From an uncultured Clostridia bacterium (lineage in GTDB: Bacteria > Bacillota > Clostridia > TANB77 > CAG-508), in NCBI GenBank assembly GCA_947573445.1, contig CANPFR010000001.1, forward strand, positions 195,811-259,810: DNA of 64,000 bases. Direction: 5' to 3'. Numbering within the stretch: position 1 is the first letter of the stretch; each line of letters begins with the position of its first letter. The notes under the pieces were generated by a model that saw only the letters and a program-made list of their open reading frames with translations, was not told where the DNA came from and did no database searches. Below, piece by piece: positions 51,671-63,800 of this stretch. The translations under genes and the position numbers were made by a program.

Positions 51671-52402
51671 TTGAATAAAGTTGTCATAGTAACAGGAGCT
51701 TCAAGAGGAATTGGAAGAGATATAGTAAAACAATTAGCTAGAGAAGGAAACATAGTAATAGCAAATTATAATAAATCTGAAAATGAAGCTATTAAACTAA
51801 AAGAAGAATTACGAAATGAAAGCATTAATATAGAAATATATAAAGCAGATGTATCAAAGCGTATAGAAGTAAAAGAAATGGTTAAATTTGTCATAGATAG
51901 ATTTAAAAAAATAGATGTATTAATAAATAATGCAGGAATATCAGAGTTTAAAGTGTTTACTGAGGAAACTGATGAAGATTGGAATAGAATAATAAATACA
52001 AATTTATATTCAGTTTTTTGTACTACTCAAGAAGTTCTGGAAAATATGATACATAACAAAAAAGGATGTATAATAAATATTTCTTCAATATGGGGAATAG
52101 TAGGAGCATCTTGTGAAACTATTTATTCCGTATCAAAAGCGGGGATAGATGCTCTAACAAAGTCACTTGCTAAGGAAATGGGTCCTAGCAATATTAGGAT
52201 AAATTCTATTGCACCAGGTATTATTGATACAAATATGAATGAAAGACTTACGGAAAATGAACTTTGCAATATCAAAGAAGAAATTCCATTAGGGAAAATA
52301 GGAAAAACAATTGATATTGTTAGATGTATAGAATGGTTAATTAAAGATGAATTTACTACAGGTCAAGTTATTTCTATAGATGGTGGATGGATAATTACAT
52401 AA
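51671..52402 (+). CDS. SDR-family oxidoreductase (FabG-like 3-oxoacyl-ACP reductase type)
   Basis: N-terminal TGASRGIG and catalytic S...YSVSK motifs. TTG start after an AGGAGGG RBS. Confidence 0.75.
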   Translation: MNKVVIVTGASRGIGRDIVKQLAREGNIVIANYNKSENEAIKLKEELRNESINIEIYKADVSKRIEVKEMVKFVIDRFKKIDVLINNAGISEFKVFTEETDEDWNRIINTNLYSVFCTTQEVLENMIHNKKGCIINISSIWGIVGASCETIYSVSKAGIDALTKSLAKEMGPSNIRINSIAPGIIDTNMNERLTENELCNIKEEIPLGKIGKTIDIVRCIEWLIKDEFTTGQVISIDGGWIIT

Positions 52403-52429
52403 AATAAAAAACCTTATTTAATAAGGTTT

Positions 52430-52894
52430 TTATTCTGATACTTTTTTTCTATAATTTCCAGATATTATTTTTGGCAAATAAGTTATAATCTTATATACTG
52501 CTAATCTGATTTTCTTATTCCACATATATGATTTCCTTAATTTACGAGCATTTCCTATAGAAATAGATTTATCATTTAAAACTAATAGCTCTGTAGGTGC
52601 TTTTTCAATATAAAATATATAGTTTTGTCCATTATTATTATCCCATTTATTTTCTCCATTTTTAAAGCAGAAATTAAATGTTCCTACTCCTAATAAATTG
52701 ATTTCACATTGATATCCTAGTTCTGTTTTTTCCATTTTTGTTTCAGTAACATTATCCCAATTAAGTCCAAATCCATAATGGATATAAACTTCTTCAGACC
52801 CATCTTGGAAAAGTTCACCTGTGTAAGATAATTTAACTACACTATTTTCAATTAATTTATCAGTATTAAAAAATATATTCTTGATTAGTTCCAT
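52430..52894 (-). CDS. Hypothetical cytoplasmic protein with a CBM25/26-like starch-binding-type motif (WDNNNGQNYIF)
   Basis: YIHYGFGLNWDNV...KWDNNNGQNYIF is the characteristic WDNN signature. No signal peptide. Confidence 0.35.
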   Translation of the reverse strand: MELIKNIFFNTDKLIENSVVKLSYTGELFQDGSEEVYIHYGFGLNWDNVTETKMEKTELGYQCEINLLGVGTFNFCFKNGENKWDNNNGQNYIFYIEKAPTELLVLNDKSISIGNARKLRKSYMWNKKIRLAVYKIITYLPKIISGNYRKKVSE

Positions 52895-52984
52895 TTTTAA
52901 AACTCCTTATTTATCTTTTGCTGGATACATTATAATATTAATTTCTACAATATTCAAGTATTTTTTGAAAAATTTTTTAAAATT

Positions 52985-53188
52985 TTAGCTTTTTTTGCGT
53001 TCGATTAAATCTGATAATTCGCATTCAAATATGTCGCATAAAACATCTAACTCTTTTACATTTATACTTATTACTTTGTTGAAATAGTATGCATTTATCC
53101 TTTTATAATTCCACTTTGTTAGTTGTTGCAGTCTATATCTTGAAATATTTTGTTTTTCCATTAATTCTTTTACTTTTAATTTAATCAT
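52985..53188 (-). CDS. Small XRE-type HTH DNA-binding protein (67 aa)
   Basis: Cro/C1-type HTH pattern. A 10-bp perfect inverted repeat (ATATTATATA...TATATAATAT at about 53241-53266) lies in its upstream region. Confidence 0.5.
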   Translation of the reverse strand: MIKLKVKELMEKQNISRYRLQQLTKWNYKRINAYYFNKVISINVKELDVLCDIFECELSDLIERKKS

Positions 53189-53367
53189 AATAACACCTCA
53201 ATTAGTATTATATTTTAAAATATCAAATTTATGTAGTACAATATTATATAGTAGTATATAATATACAGTAAAAAATAAAAGTTGAGAATTATTATATAGG
53301 CAAGTAATAAATCAAATTAAAAAATAAATTTAGGTAGAAATGAATTAATCAATTTCTACCTAAACTA

Positions 53368-53443
53368 TGGTGACTCATCTCAGCTTCGAACTGAGGACCT
53401 CCAGATTAAGAGTCTGTTGCTCTACCAACTGAGCTAATGAGCC
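53368..53443 (-). tRNA. tRNA-Lys (anticodon CTT)
   Basis: Reverse complement GGCTCATTAGCTCAGTTGGTAGAGC..., anticodon loop CTCTTAA, CCA encoded (TGG on the + strand at 53368-53370). Confidence 0.8.
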
Positions 53444-53587
53444 ATATCGTTTGATATTATAATACTTTTTTACTTGATTTGTCAATACTATTAATTAAAA
53501 TATCAGAAAAGAAAAATATGAAGACATTAATGAATAATTATGTTATAATTAAAATATAAATATAGTTTTTAGAAAGGAGCAGAAAAC

Positions 53588-53890
53588 ATGGCAACAACAA
53601 AAGAATATAGAGATTTTATATTAGAACAGTTAGATTTATTAGAAGATATAACTTGTAGAGCAATGATGAGAGAATATCTATTATATTATAATAAAATTTT
53701 ATTTGGAGGAATATATGATAATATGCTATTGATAAAGATTGTTAATAGTAATAAAAAGTATAATATGAAAGAACAAATACCATATAAAGGTGCGAAACCA
53801 ATGTATTTAGTAGATGATATAGATGATAAAGAAAAAATAAAAAATATTATTATAGAAACTTGTAAAGAATTGCCAAAAAAGAATAAATAA
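53588..53890 (+). CDS. TfoX/Sxy N-terminal-domain protein (100 aa)
   Basis: Pattern ...REYLLYYNKILFGGIYDNMLLIKI... resembles the TfoX_N family. Tentative. Confidence 0.4.
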   Translation: MATTKEYRDFILEQLDLLEDITCRAMMREYLLYYNKILFGGIYDNMLLIKIVNSNKKYNMKEQIPYKGAKPMYLVDDIDDKEKIKNIIIETCKELPKKNK

Positions 53891-53984
53891 AAATATATAA
53901 AAAAGAAGATATTAATGGTTATATAACCAATAGTCAAATAACATACTATGCATATATAATTTATATAAATTATGGAGGAAAAGT

Positions 53985-54227
53985 ATGTTTAAAGTTGAAA
54001 TAGAAAATGGATATTATTTATTTAAATTAAAAAAATTATTAAATGACAGAAATATAAGCATAAATAAATTAATGAAAGATACTAATACAGATTATAAAGT
54101 ATTAAAGAGGTTATTAACAGGAGAAATAGTAAGATTTGATATATTTGTTATGGCAAGACTATGTGATTATTTAAATTGTAGAATAACAGACATAGTAGAA
54201 TATTTTCCAAATAATAAGAAAAATTAA
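53985..54227 (+). CDS. Small XRE-type HTH protein (80 aa)
   Basis: HTH pattern, and similar to the 52985-53188 product. Confidence 0.45.
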   Translation: MFKVEIENGYYLFKLKKLLNDRNISINKLMKDTNTDYKVLKRLLTGEIVRFDIFVMARLCDYLNCRITDIVEYFPNNKKN

Positions 54228-54398
54228 AATATAGTTTTTTAGCTATATTTTAATTTTGCGCAAAAAAAGTGCAAGTAAACATAATTAGTTATTGAATAGT
54301 ATAAAAAAATGTGTTATAATTAAATTTATGGAAAAGAAAAAATTGTTGAATATGTAAAATTATACAACAATATAAATAATAAAAAGGGGCGTGAAAAC

Positions 54399-55359
54399 AT
54401 GTTAAAGATTTATAATACAGATGTATCAAATGGAAAATTAAAAGAATTAAAAAAATTAGAAGAAGCAGAAAAAGGAGCCTGGATTAATTTAACATCGCCC
54501 ACTGAAAGTGAAATAAAAAAAGTATGTGAAAAATTAAAAATACAAGAAGATTTTATAAGATATGCATTAGATAGCGAAGAAAAAGCAAGAATAGATCAAG
54601 AGGAAGATGATGGAACAATATTATTTATCATTGACATTCCAGTAGAAGAAAAAACAGATGAAAATGTTTTATACACAACTATGCCAGTAGGAGTAATAAT
54701 AGTTAGAGATGAATATATGTTAACAGTATCATTGAATAAAAATAGAATAATTGAAACATTTGAAAATGGAAAAATAAAAACATTTGCTACATATAAAAAA
54801 AGTAGATTTATTTTTCAAATATTGTATCAAATATCACTTAATTATTTGGAATGCTTAAGGAAGATAAGTAAAGAAACAGAAATTGCAGAAAATGATTTAC
54901 AGAGAACAATGAAAAATAGAGAGCTATTTAAAATGTTGGGATTAGAAAACACTTGTATATTTTACAACATCTTTAAAATCTAATGAAATAATAATGGAGA
55001 GAACAGCAAAAGGAAAAATAATAAAATTATATGAAGAAGATGAAGATATTCTAGATGATGCGATAATTGAAAATAGGCAAGCAATAGAAATGAGTAGGAT
55101 ATATAGCGATATTTTAAATACAACAATGGATGCATGTGCATCAATAATTTCAAATAATCTAAATGGAGTAATGAAATTTTTAACATCAATTACAATTGTA
55201 TTAGCGATACCAACAATGATTTCTAGTTTTTGGGGAATGAATGTTAATTTGCCTTTTCAAAATTCTGCATTTGGATTTGCTATAATGTTAGGGATTTCTA
55301 TAGTTATAACTTTATTAGTAACATATTGGCTATATAAAAAAGATATGTTAAATAAATGA
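54399..55359 (+). pseudogene. corA: CorA-family Mg2+/Co2+ transporter split into two ORFs (54399-54983 and 54994-55359) by a frameshift
   Basis: The second ORF carries the CorA signature FWGMNV and two TM helices. The first carries the cytoplasmic domain. The combined length of 315 aa equals a typical CorA. The frames differ by +1 within 54940-54985. Confidence 0.7.
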
Positions 55360-55457
55360 GAGAATGATTTAATAAAATATTTTAGTAGAATAGAAATATA
55401 AAGAAATGAGTTAATATATTTACAAACTAATCATAAATATATTAACTCATTTCTTTT

Positions 55458-56684
55458 TTAATGTATTTCTTCACCTAAAATATTTTTTGTTAATGTCAAA
55501 GCATTTTTTAAATTATTATAAGTTGTTTTATTTATAGATGTATTTTCTCCTGATTCATAATCAGCAATAGCTTTTTCAGTGAGAATTAATTTATGACTTT
55601 GAGGTGTGCCAGAAGAAATATTATACATATATACAGGAATATATGAGGCATTATCTATAGACATCTTTCCTGTTTTACCATTTTTAGTAAAGGTTAAATT
55701 CAATATAGCAGATGTTTTGGTATTTTCTTTTTTCTGACCAGAGATAAAATTACCCAAAGAATATATAACAAATCCATCTACTATAGAACCATCAGATAAT
55801 GTAATAGATCTTTTTTCCATAGGTTGTAAAACATGAGGATGTCCACCTAAGATTACATCTACACCATTTTCAAATAAAAAATCTGCTAATTCTTCTTGAG
55901 AAGCATTTTGCTTTGTAACATATTCAACTCCCCAGTGCATAAATACACATATTAAATCAGGTTGTTTTGCCTGTGCTAATTCAAGTTGTTTTTTTATTAA
56001 ATTTTTATCAATTAAATTTATACAATATTCTTTACCAGATGGAACTGGAATACCATTAGTTCCGTAAGTAAAACTTAAAAAAGCTATTTTAATTCCTTTT
56101 ACATTTTGTATTAATATTTCATTTTGAGCTTCTTCTGATGTGTAGGTTCCAGTATGAGAAATACCAGCATCATCTAGATAATGCAATGTACTTTCTAAAC
56201 CTTTATATCTTTTATCAAGGCTATGATTATTAGCAGTTGATAATACGTCTATTCCTAATCTTTTTAAGTTGTATGCTAATGCTTCAGGTGTATTAAATGT
56301 AGGATAATTGCTATAACCAACTTCTTTTCCTGCAAAAGTAGTTTCTAAATTTCCTACTGATATATCTGCTGTTTGCAAATAGTATTCTACATCAGAAAAA
56401 ACATATGAAAAGTCATATTCTTTGGTAGTAGAATTATATGCATCTTTATATTGTCTATCATGACACATAATGTCTCCAACTACACTCATTGTTATTGTTG
56501 TATCCTGTGGAATCTCTTCTTTTGGTTCTTGTGGATTATCAGCCGAAGTAGGTATTGTATTTTTTTCTGAATTATTATTTGATTTATTATTTATTGAATA
56601 AATTAAAAATATTATTGAAATAAATAATAAAAAGGTTATAAATACTTTTTTCTTGTTTAATTTTCTTTTTTTACTTTTTTTCAT
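55458..56684 (-). CDS. CapA-family (poly-gamma-glutamate / capsule biosynthesis-type) metallophosphatase-fold protein
   Basis: Signal/TM anchor, then SVVGDIMCHDRQY and LGGHPH motifs typical of CapA/PGA_cap. The start is taken at MKKSKKRK (56684). The ORF is open to 56714. Confidence 0.7.
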   Translation of the reverse strand: MKKSKKRKLNKKKVFITFLLFISIIFLIYSINNKSNNNSEKNTIPTSADNPQEPKEEIPQDTTITMSVVGDIMCHDRQYKDAYNSTTKEYDFSYVFSDVEYYLQTADISVGNLETTFAGKEVGYSNYPTFNTPEALAYNLKRLGIDVLSTANNHSLDKRYKGLESTLHYLDDAGISHTGTYTSEEAQNEILIQNVKGIKIAFLSFTYGTNGIPVPSGKEYCINLIDKNLIKKQLELAQAKQPDLICVFMHWGVEYVTKQNASQEELADFLFENGVDVILGGHPHVLQPMEKRSITLSDGSIVDGFVIYSLGNFISGQKKENTKTSAILNLTFTKNGKTGKMSIDNASYIPVYMYNISSGTPQSHKLILTEKAIADYESGENTSINKTTYNNLKNALTLTKNILGEEIH

Positions 56685-56963
56685 TTTTACCTCCATTTGT
56701 AATATAGGGCACAAAAAATATTATTGAAATTATTACTATAAATAAAATATCACAATTATATAGTTTTTTCAATAAAATAATAAAGTTATTAAATATAAAA
56801 ATAATAAAATTACAAGAATAACTAAAAATTTTTAATATATATAATAAATATAAAGTATATATAAAATAAGAAAAGTTGCTTAGTAAATATACACAGACTG
56901 AGGAAACTTAACCATTTGGTATATATAAAAAACTTCGATTTTCCGATACAATAAAAAGAAGGA

Positions 56964-57344
56964 TTATTTACCTTCTTTTGAATCGTATACTAAATTTTCT
57001 AACTGATTTACTCTGTTATTTTGTTTGTTTTCTAAGTTTGAAAGCATTTCTTCTGGTAATTCATTGTAATTGTTGTCGATATAATCTTCTGTATTTTTAT
57101 AGTTACTTATTAAATTTTCTATTTGTTTATTTCTTGTATCTAAAGTAGTTTCTAAAATTTGATTTTTTAACACCTTAATTTCTTTTTCACGTGTATTTTG
57201 TTTTTCCCTAGCATTTTGCTTATTTTTTGGATTTCCTATTTCAGAATATTGTTCCAAATGTCTTTGTGTTCTAGTATGATTTTCAACAACATTAATCAAA
57301 TTATCTATTTGACGTTCCTTTTTTTCTGAATTATTATTTTCCAT
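56964..57344 (-). CDS. Hypothetical coiled-coil, K/E/N/Q-rich protein (126 aa); possibly a spore-associated, Tlp-like protein (weak)
   Basis: Composition and a short similarity (NAREKQNTREKEI) to Tlp-type SASPs. Very tentative. Confidence 0.25.
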   Translation of the reverse strand: MENNNSEKKERQIDNLINVVENHTRTQRHLEQYSEIGNPKNKQNAREKQNTREKEIKVLKNQILETTLDTRNKQIENLISNYKNTEDYIDNNYNELPEEMLSNLENKQNNRVNQLENLVYDSKEGK

Positions 57345-57406
57345 ATAAACACCTCCATAGAGGTAGTATTTGAAAAAATTAAGAAAAATATAAGTAAAAT
57401 TTTAAA

Positions 57407-57823
57407 TTATTTCATACTCATTTCACAATATTTACATCTATATACACTATTTTCTTTATCTGTAAGATAAAAAACTTGGTCAAGATTTTTTTCAATAGAT
57501 GTTATACATCTTGGATTTTGACATTTTACTAGATTTACTATTTTCTCAGGAAGTTCTACGTGAAACTTTTCTGTAAGGTTATCTTCTTTTACTATATTTA
57601 TTGTAATATTTGAATCAATAAATCCTAAAATATCTAAATTTACATCTATAGCTTTATCTATTTTTATTATGTCTTTTCTACCCATTTTTTTACTTTTTGC
57701 ATTTGTAATTAGCGCAACTGAACAATCTAATTCATCTAATTTTAAAGCTCTATATATTTCCATTCCTTTTTTTGCTTTAATATGGTCTATTACGATTCCA
57801 TTTTTAATACTATCTATATTCAT
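57407..57823 (-). CDS. pyrI: Aspartate carbamoyltransferase regulatory subunit
   Basis: The C-terminal Zn domain (CQNPRC...YRCKYCE) is diagnostic. Confidence 0.85.
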   Translation of the reverse strand: MNIDSIKNGIVIDHIKAKKGMEIYRALKLDELDCSVALITNAKSKKMGRKDIIKIDKAIDVNLDILGFIDSNITINIVKEDNLTEKFHVELPEKIVNLVKCQNPRCITSIEKNLDQVFYLTDKENSVYRCKYCEMSMK

Positions 57824-57988
57824 TTTATTATTCCTTATATAATATATTTAGGTTTTGGCGAGCGATACCTATAAACTCATGAATTTTATAAAAATTAAAT
57901 TTTGATAAAAGTTATACACATATAAATAATAAAATGTGGACAACTACAACAAATTAATTAAAATTAATTATTAAAATAATAATTAATT

Positions 57989-58903
57989 TTAATTAATATC
58001 TAACAATTTTAAAATTAATGCCATTCTAATATATTTTCCATAATTAGCTTGTCTAAAATAACAAGCTCTTTCATCATCATCAACATCTGTAGAAATTTCA
58101 TTTACTCTAGGTAAAGGATGCATAATACACAAGTCATTTTTAGCATTTACTAATTTTTCTTTATTTAATATATAATAATCTTTTAATCTTACATAATCAT
58201 CTTCATTAAAAAATCTTTCTTTTTGAACTCTAGTCATATAAAGGATATCTAATTCACTCATATATTCTTCAATATTATGTGTTTCAACATATTCAATATT
58301 ATTTTTGTCTAAAACTTCCTTTTTGATATATTCTGGGATATTTAGCTCTTTTGGTGAGATTAAAACAAATTTTATATTTTTGTATCTTGACATAGCTGTA
58401 ATTAGGGAATGAACAGTTCTACCAAATTTTAAATCGCCACAAAGACCAATTGTTAAATTATCTAATCTATTTTTTTCACATTGAATAGTTAATAAGTCTG
58501 TTAATGTTTGTGTTGGATGATTATGACCACCATCTCCAGCATTAATTATTGGTACATCTGATTTTAATGAAGCAACTAATGGCGCACCCTCTTTTGGATG
58601 TCGCATTGCAATTATATCTGCATAATATCCTACGACTTTTATTGTGTCCGAAATACTTTCTCCCTTTGATGTAGAACTTGAATCTGCTGATGAAAATCCT
58701 AAAACATTTCCACCTAATTCCATCATTGCTGCTTCAAAACTGAGTCTGGTTCTTGTACTTGGTTCAAAAAATAGTGTTGCTAACTTTTTTCCTTTACATT
58801 TTTCAGAATATTTTTCTTTGTTTTTTATTATATCTCTTGCAGTTAGTATTAATTCGTCAATTTCTTCAACTGATAAATCTTTAATATCAATTAGATTTTT
58901 CAT
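57989..58903 (-). CDS. pyrB: Aspartate carbamoyltransferase catalytic subunit
   Basis: STRTRLSFE carbamoyl-phosphate-binding motif, HPTQ and HPLP motifs. Confidence 0.88.
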   Translation of the reverse strand: MKNLIDIKDLSVEEIDELILTARDIIKNKEKYSEKCKGKKLATLFFEPSTRTRLSFEAAMMELGGNVLGFSSADSSSTSKGESISDTIKVVGYYADIIAMRHPKEGAPLVASLKSDVPIINAGDGGHNHPTQTLTDLLTIQCEKNRLDNLTIGLCGDLKFGRTVHSLITAMSRYKNIKFVLISPKELNIPEYIKKEVLDKNNIEYVETHNIEEYMSELDILYMTRVQKERFFNEDDYVRLKDYYILNKEKLVNAKNDLCIMHPLPRVNEISTDVDDDERACYFRQANYGKYIRMALILKLLDIN

Positions 58904-59126
58904 TTTTTTTTATCCTCCCATATGATTTTTTTTATTATACTACAAATTTTTATTAATTCAAATATAAAAACAAAAAATATTGGGGAAATACAGTTTTAGA
59001 TACCAAATATTACAAAAAATGAGAAAATGTAACAAAATTATAATAAAAATATAATAAAAGAAAACAATCTACACAAACTAGAAAAATCCGTAAGAAAAAG
59101 TTGAAACTTATTTAAAATAGAGGGAA

Positions 59127-59154
59127 TTGACAGTTTTCTTTTTTTATTTATAAT
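59127..59154 (+). promoter_or_regulatory. Promoter TTGACA-16-TATAAT for the cohesin-like/dockerin gene
   Basis: Consensus hexamers at 59127-59132 and 59149-59154. Confidence 0.5.
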
Positions 59155-59213
59155 GTGGTAAAGCAAGCAAGAGGTTGACAAAAGATGAACTAAAAAAAAA
59201 GAGGTGCAAAAGA

Positions 59214-60789
59214 TTGAGTAAGAAAACTAACAGTTCTTTGAAAAATTTGATAATTGTAGTTCTAATTATTTTATTTGCACTTAATACTTACTCATTAAAA
59301 GTAGAAGCAGCATCAACAGTAACAATTGAACCAGAAGATAATCAATATTTCGAACTCAAGGCTACAACGATAAACGACATAGAAGGGCAAGGGAAGCAAG
59401 TCATTATGGAGTTATGGGGATATGAAATAGATTTTAAGCGGAATGGATGTAAGGTTCAAGTATGACAACACAAAGTTAGCAACATCAAATTTATTAACAA
59501 ATGTAGAGACAGATGATGAAATGGAATACTTTAAATTTGAAAATGAATTTGAAAGTGCGTTAGAAATGTCTACAATGAATGATACAAGTAATGACAATGT
59601 AATAAGAGCAGTATTTTCATTTTACCCCCCAGTAAATGAAACAGAGCATATCATTGTCAAAGATGGTGTTGATGGTAAAGTTATAACAACAACAGGCGGT
59701 GTACTACTTGGAAAAATGAGTTTCAAAATGCTGACAAATCAATTTGATATATCAGGATTTGAATTAGTAACAAATACAAGTTCTCCCCAAACAGGAGTAA
59801 AAGTAAATCTAGATGCAAAGACATGCTTTGAAGCACCACCAACTTTTAGATTTTCAGATGAAACATCTTCTAATGATGCGGATTTAACTAATATAGTATT
59901 AAGTAGTGGAAAAAATAATGAAGATGAACCAGAAGAGTCAACTTATAAAGAGTATGACTTAACACCAACATTTGATAAAGAAACAAAGAACTATGAGGTA
60001 GTCTTATTAGAATATATAGATGCAATAGATATAACAGCCACACAAAGTGATGCTAATGCAAATATGAAGATAAGTGTACCAAAACATGATGATGATGGGA
60101 AACTGGTTTATGATGATGATGGAACAACAATTATATATGAAGAAAAAGAATTAATTGATGAAATACCATTAGAAGTGATACTAAATAAACTAGGAGAACC
60201 TGATACAAAGTTAACAATTATTATTACAGCAGAAGATGGAATAACAGAAAATACATATGAAGTATTCATAAAAAGACCATATGGAACAATTTATACTCCA
60301 CACACAACATCTACAACAGGAATTTATAAATCAGACATAAGAATTTATAAATCAGAGGATGTAGAAACTGTAATAGATTGGAATACAATAGTTTCAGGGA
60401 CAACAGATGACGTACATGATAAATTATTAACATTAAAATCTCAAGATTATGTAACAAAAGATGATGGAACATATGAAATATATGTAATTCCAGGAACATA
60501 TGATGTTTTACTTGATAAGGGAGGATACTTAGATCATATTTATATTTCCAAAGTAGTAAATGAAGGAGACATTATTGATTTAGGCACAAAAGAATTACTA
60601 GCAGGTGAATTAAATAAAGATGGAAGTATTGAAATATCAGACCTATCATTACTATTAGCTTCATTTGGAATTACAAGTTCAGATGCAACATTTAATCCAG
60701 ATATGGATTTTAATGAAGATGAAGTAATAGATATATCAGACTTATCAATATTGTTAAATGATTATTTAGAAACTAGACATATAGAATAG
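59214..60789 (+). pseudogene. Secreted modular protein: signal peptide, cohesin-like beta-sandwich (tentative), cadherin-like domain and C-terminal type-I dockerin, with a +1 frameshift at ~59439
   Basis: TTG start with an RBS and signal peptide. The two ORFs (59175-59465 and 59443-60789) join if the C at 59439 (AAGcGGAATGG) is removed, giving ...YEIDFKGMDVRFKYDN.... The C-terminus carries a duplicated Ca-binding dockerin motif (ELNKDGSIEISDLSLLL and DFNEDEVIDISDLSILL). Confidence 0.6.
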
Positions 60790-60830
60790 ATAAAAAACAA
60801 GAATATAAAAAACTAAAGAAAGGAGTAGAA

Positions 60831-63800
60831 ATGAAAGCAGTACAAATGAATATGAAAATTACTGAAACAGAGGAATTAGATGAAGAAACACCTAATGCAG
60901 AAGAAAAAGAAGATTCAGAAATTTCAAATATAGAAGAAATAGAAAATATACCAGTAATTAAAAAAATAAAATATTTAACAAAGCAGCGACTATGTGCGTT
61001 AATGACATTATTAGCATTTATAATAAATACATTTTCTCCATATGGATTATTGTTACAGCCAACATATGCAGCAAGTGAACAAGTACCACTACCAGGAGAA
61101 CCATATTATAAATTGTCAATAACACCAATTGATGGAACAGTAGATTATGATGACTGGGATGATGCAACAAACTACTACTATTATGATTTTGATCCAGATA
61201 CAGATACAATAGAATCATATAGTGGAACAAGATTAATAACAATGACATTAACAGTTAATGGATGTGATACAGTAAATGCAGGAACTATATATTTTAAATA
61301 TGATAGTAGTAAATTAATACCAGCATCAGAAGTTAATAAAGGAACAAATAAAAAACCTATATGGGTAATAGAAGAAGCAGAGACATATGAAGACTTCGCA
61401 GAAACTGGTTGGGGATTACCAGTAATTGAATTATTAGACACAAACATAAGTACAATAGGGCTAGAAGGAGGAGTTAGTCCAGGAGGAGATAAATACATAT
61501 CAGATGGTGAACTTGTAGCAACATTTACATTCAAATTAGCAGATGGAATTAAATTAGAAGATTTAACAGAAGATGTAATGGCATTAAATACAACATATAG
61601 CAGTATTTATCCAACAGGGTTAAAAATTCCATATTTCAAAGATGGAGTATCAGTATTTGTAAATCAGCCATATTATTTAGTATATGAGGGATTTGCAACT
61701 AATAACAAAAAAACAATAACAGGAATTACATTAAATTCAAATATGGATAAAACAAAATATTACACAGGGGAAAATATTGACTTTACAGGAGCAAGTATAA
61801 CAATACAATATGATGATGGTTCAACTGATGTAATAACAGATATAAGTAAAGCGGTAACAGATGGATTAATAACAATTGATTCAACTAAAGCCACAACAAG
61901 TAAAAAAGTAGTTGTAACAGCTGGAGGAGAGACTTGTGATTTGAATTATAATATTGCAACAAGTATTACAGTTTCAAAAAATCCAACAACAATGACATAT
62001 GACCATGATGACACAATTAATTTTGCTGGTGGAACAATAAATGTAGTATATGATAATGGAGACACAGTACCATTAGACATAAACACAGGTATTACATCAA
62101 AATTATTAACAGTAGATAAAACAAAAGCTGATGTAAATAACAAAACAGTGACATTTACATATGTAGATGGAAAATTGAAGACATCAATTAATTTAACAGT
62201 AAATGATCCAATAGTAAGTATTGCAATTACATCAAATCCAACAACTACAACATATGACCATGGAGATACAATAGATTTGACAGGAGGAACAATTGAAGCA
62301 ACAAAGAAGAGTGGAGCTAAAGTATCAGGAATATCAATGAAAGACCCAAAAGTATCTACTTCTTCTACAACAGCAGATATAAATTCTTGTACAAGTAAAT
62401 GGCAAAATGGAGAATTAACAGCAGGTAGTCAAGATATAATAGTTACATATGAGAATAAAACAGCTAAGTTTAGCGTAGTTGTAAATGATACAATATCTTC
62501 AATAGTAGTAAAAACACAGCCAACAGCAAAAAATAAATATGGAACAGAAGGAAATAGCTTAAATTTGACAGGAGCACAATTAGAAGTAACAACTTCATCA
62601 AATAATAAATTTACAACAAATATAAATGTAGGAATGTTAAATTTAACAGGATATAATAAACAAACATTAACAACACAAAATCTACCTGTAACTTACGGAG
62701 GATTAACAACTAGCACAGGAAATGGTGTAAATATAAAATTAAAAGATTATATTACAGGAATTACAGTAACAGCACCAAACAACTTAACAGCAAATTATAA
62801 TACAGAACTAGATTTAACAGGAGTTACATATGTTACCAGTAACAAAAAGTATGATTTCAGGATATAATAAAACACCACCAGCAAGTTCATTTAACGCAAA
62901 TCACGAATATCCTGAAACAATAACGGTAACATTAAATACACCAGATGACGCAGATATTGATACAATTCCAGTAAATGATACATTTAATGTAAAAGTTATA
63001 GATACAGTTACAGGAATTCAAATAGCACAAAGACCAAATAAAACAAGCTATAATTATGGAGAAACATTTAGTGCAACAGGAGGAAGAGTACAACTTTCAT
63101 ATGCAAGTGGAGCAACAGCAAGTTCAAGTGTTTCAATGTTAGATGCAAATGTAAAGATAACTGAAACAGATGATAGTCCAATAAATATGAACCCATCAGC
63201 TAGTAGCTTTACAAATGGAAGGGCAACAAAGACATTAAAAGTAACATATACAGATCCAAGTACATCACAAAAATATAGTGCAAACTTACAAAACATTTTT
63301 GTAAATGATGTATTAGATACAATTCAGATTGGAACAACACCAAAAATAATATTCAACCATGGAGATACATTTAGTGTTGGAAGTGGAACATTAGAATTAA
63401 TATATAAATCAGGTAATACTAGTACAATAGATTTAGACGATGGAACAACAATAAAAGAAACAGCAACAGGAACAGCAGTAAATATGACACCACTAGTAAC
63501 AGAATACATAGATAATAGTTTAACAAAAAATCTTACAGTAACTTACACAGAAGGTCAAGTAACAAAAACAGTGGATTATGACATAACAATTAATAATCCA
63601 ATAGATAATATAGCAATAGGAACATCACCAAAAACAAATTATAATTTGAATGAGCCAAAAGATGTAACAGGTACAATAACGGTTACAAGGAAAGCTGGAA
63701 ATACATCAACTGTAAATATTACAGATTCGATGGTAACAGGATTAGATACGACAGTTGCAGGAACAAATAAAACAGCAACTGTAACATACACAGAAGATGG

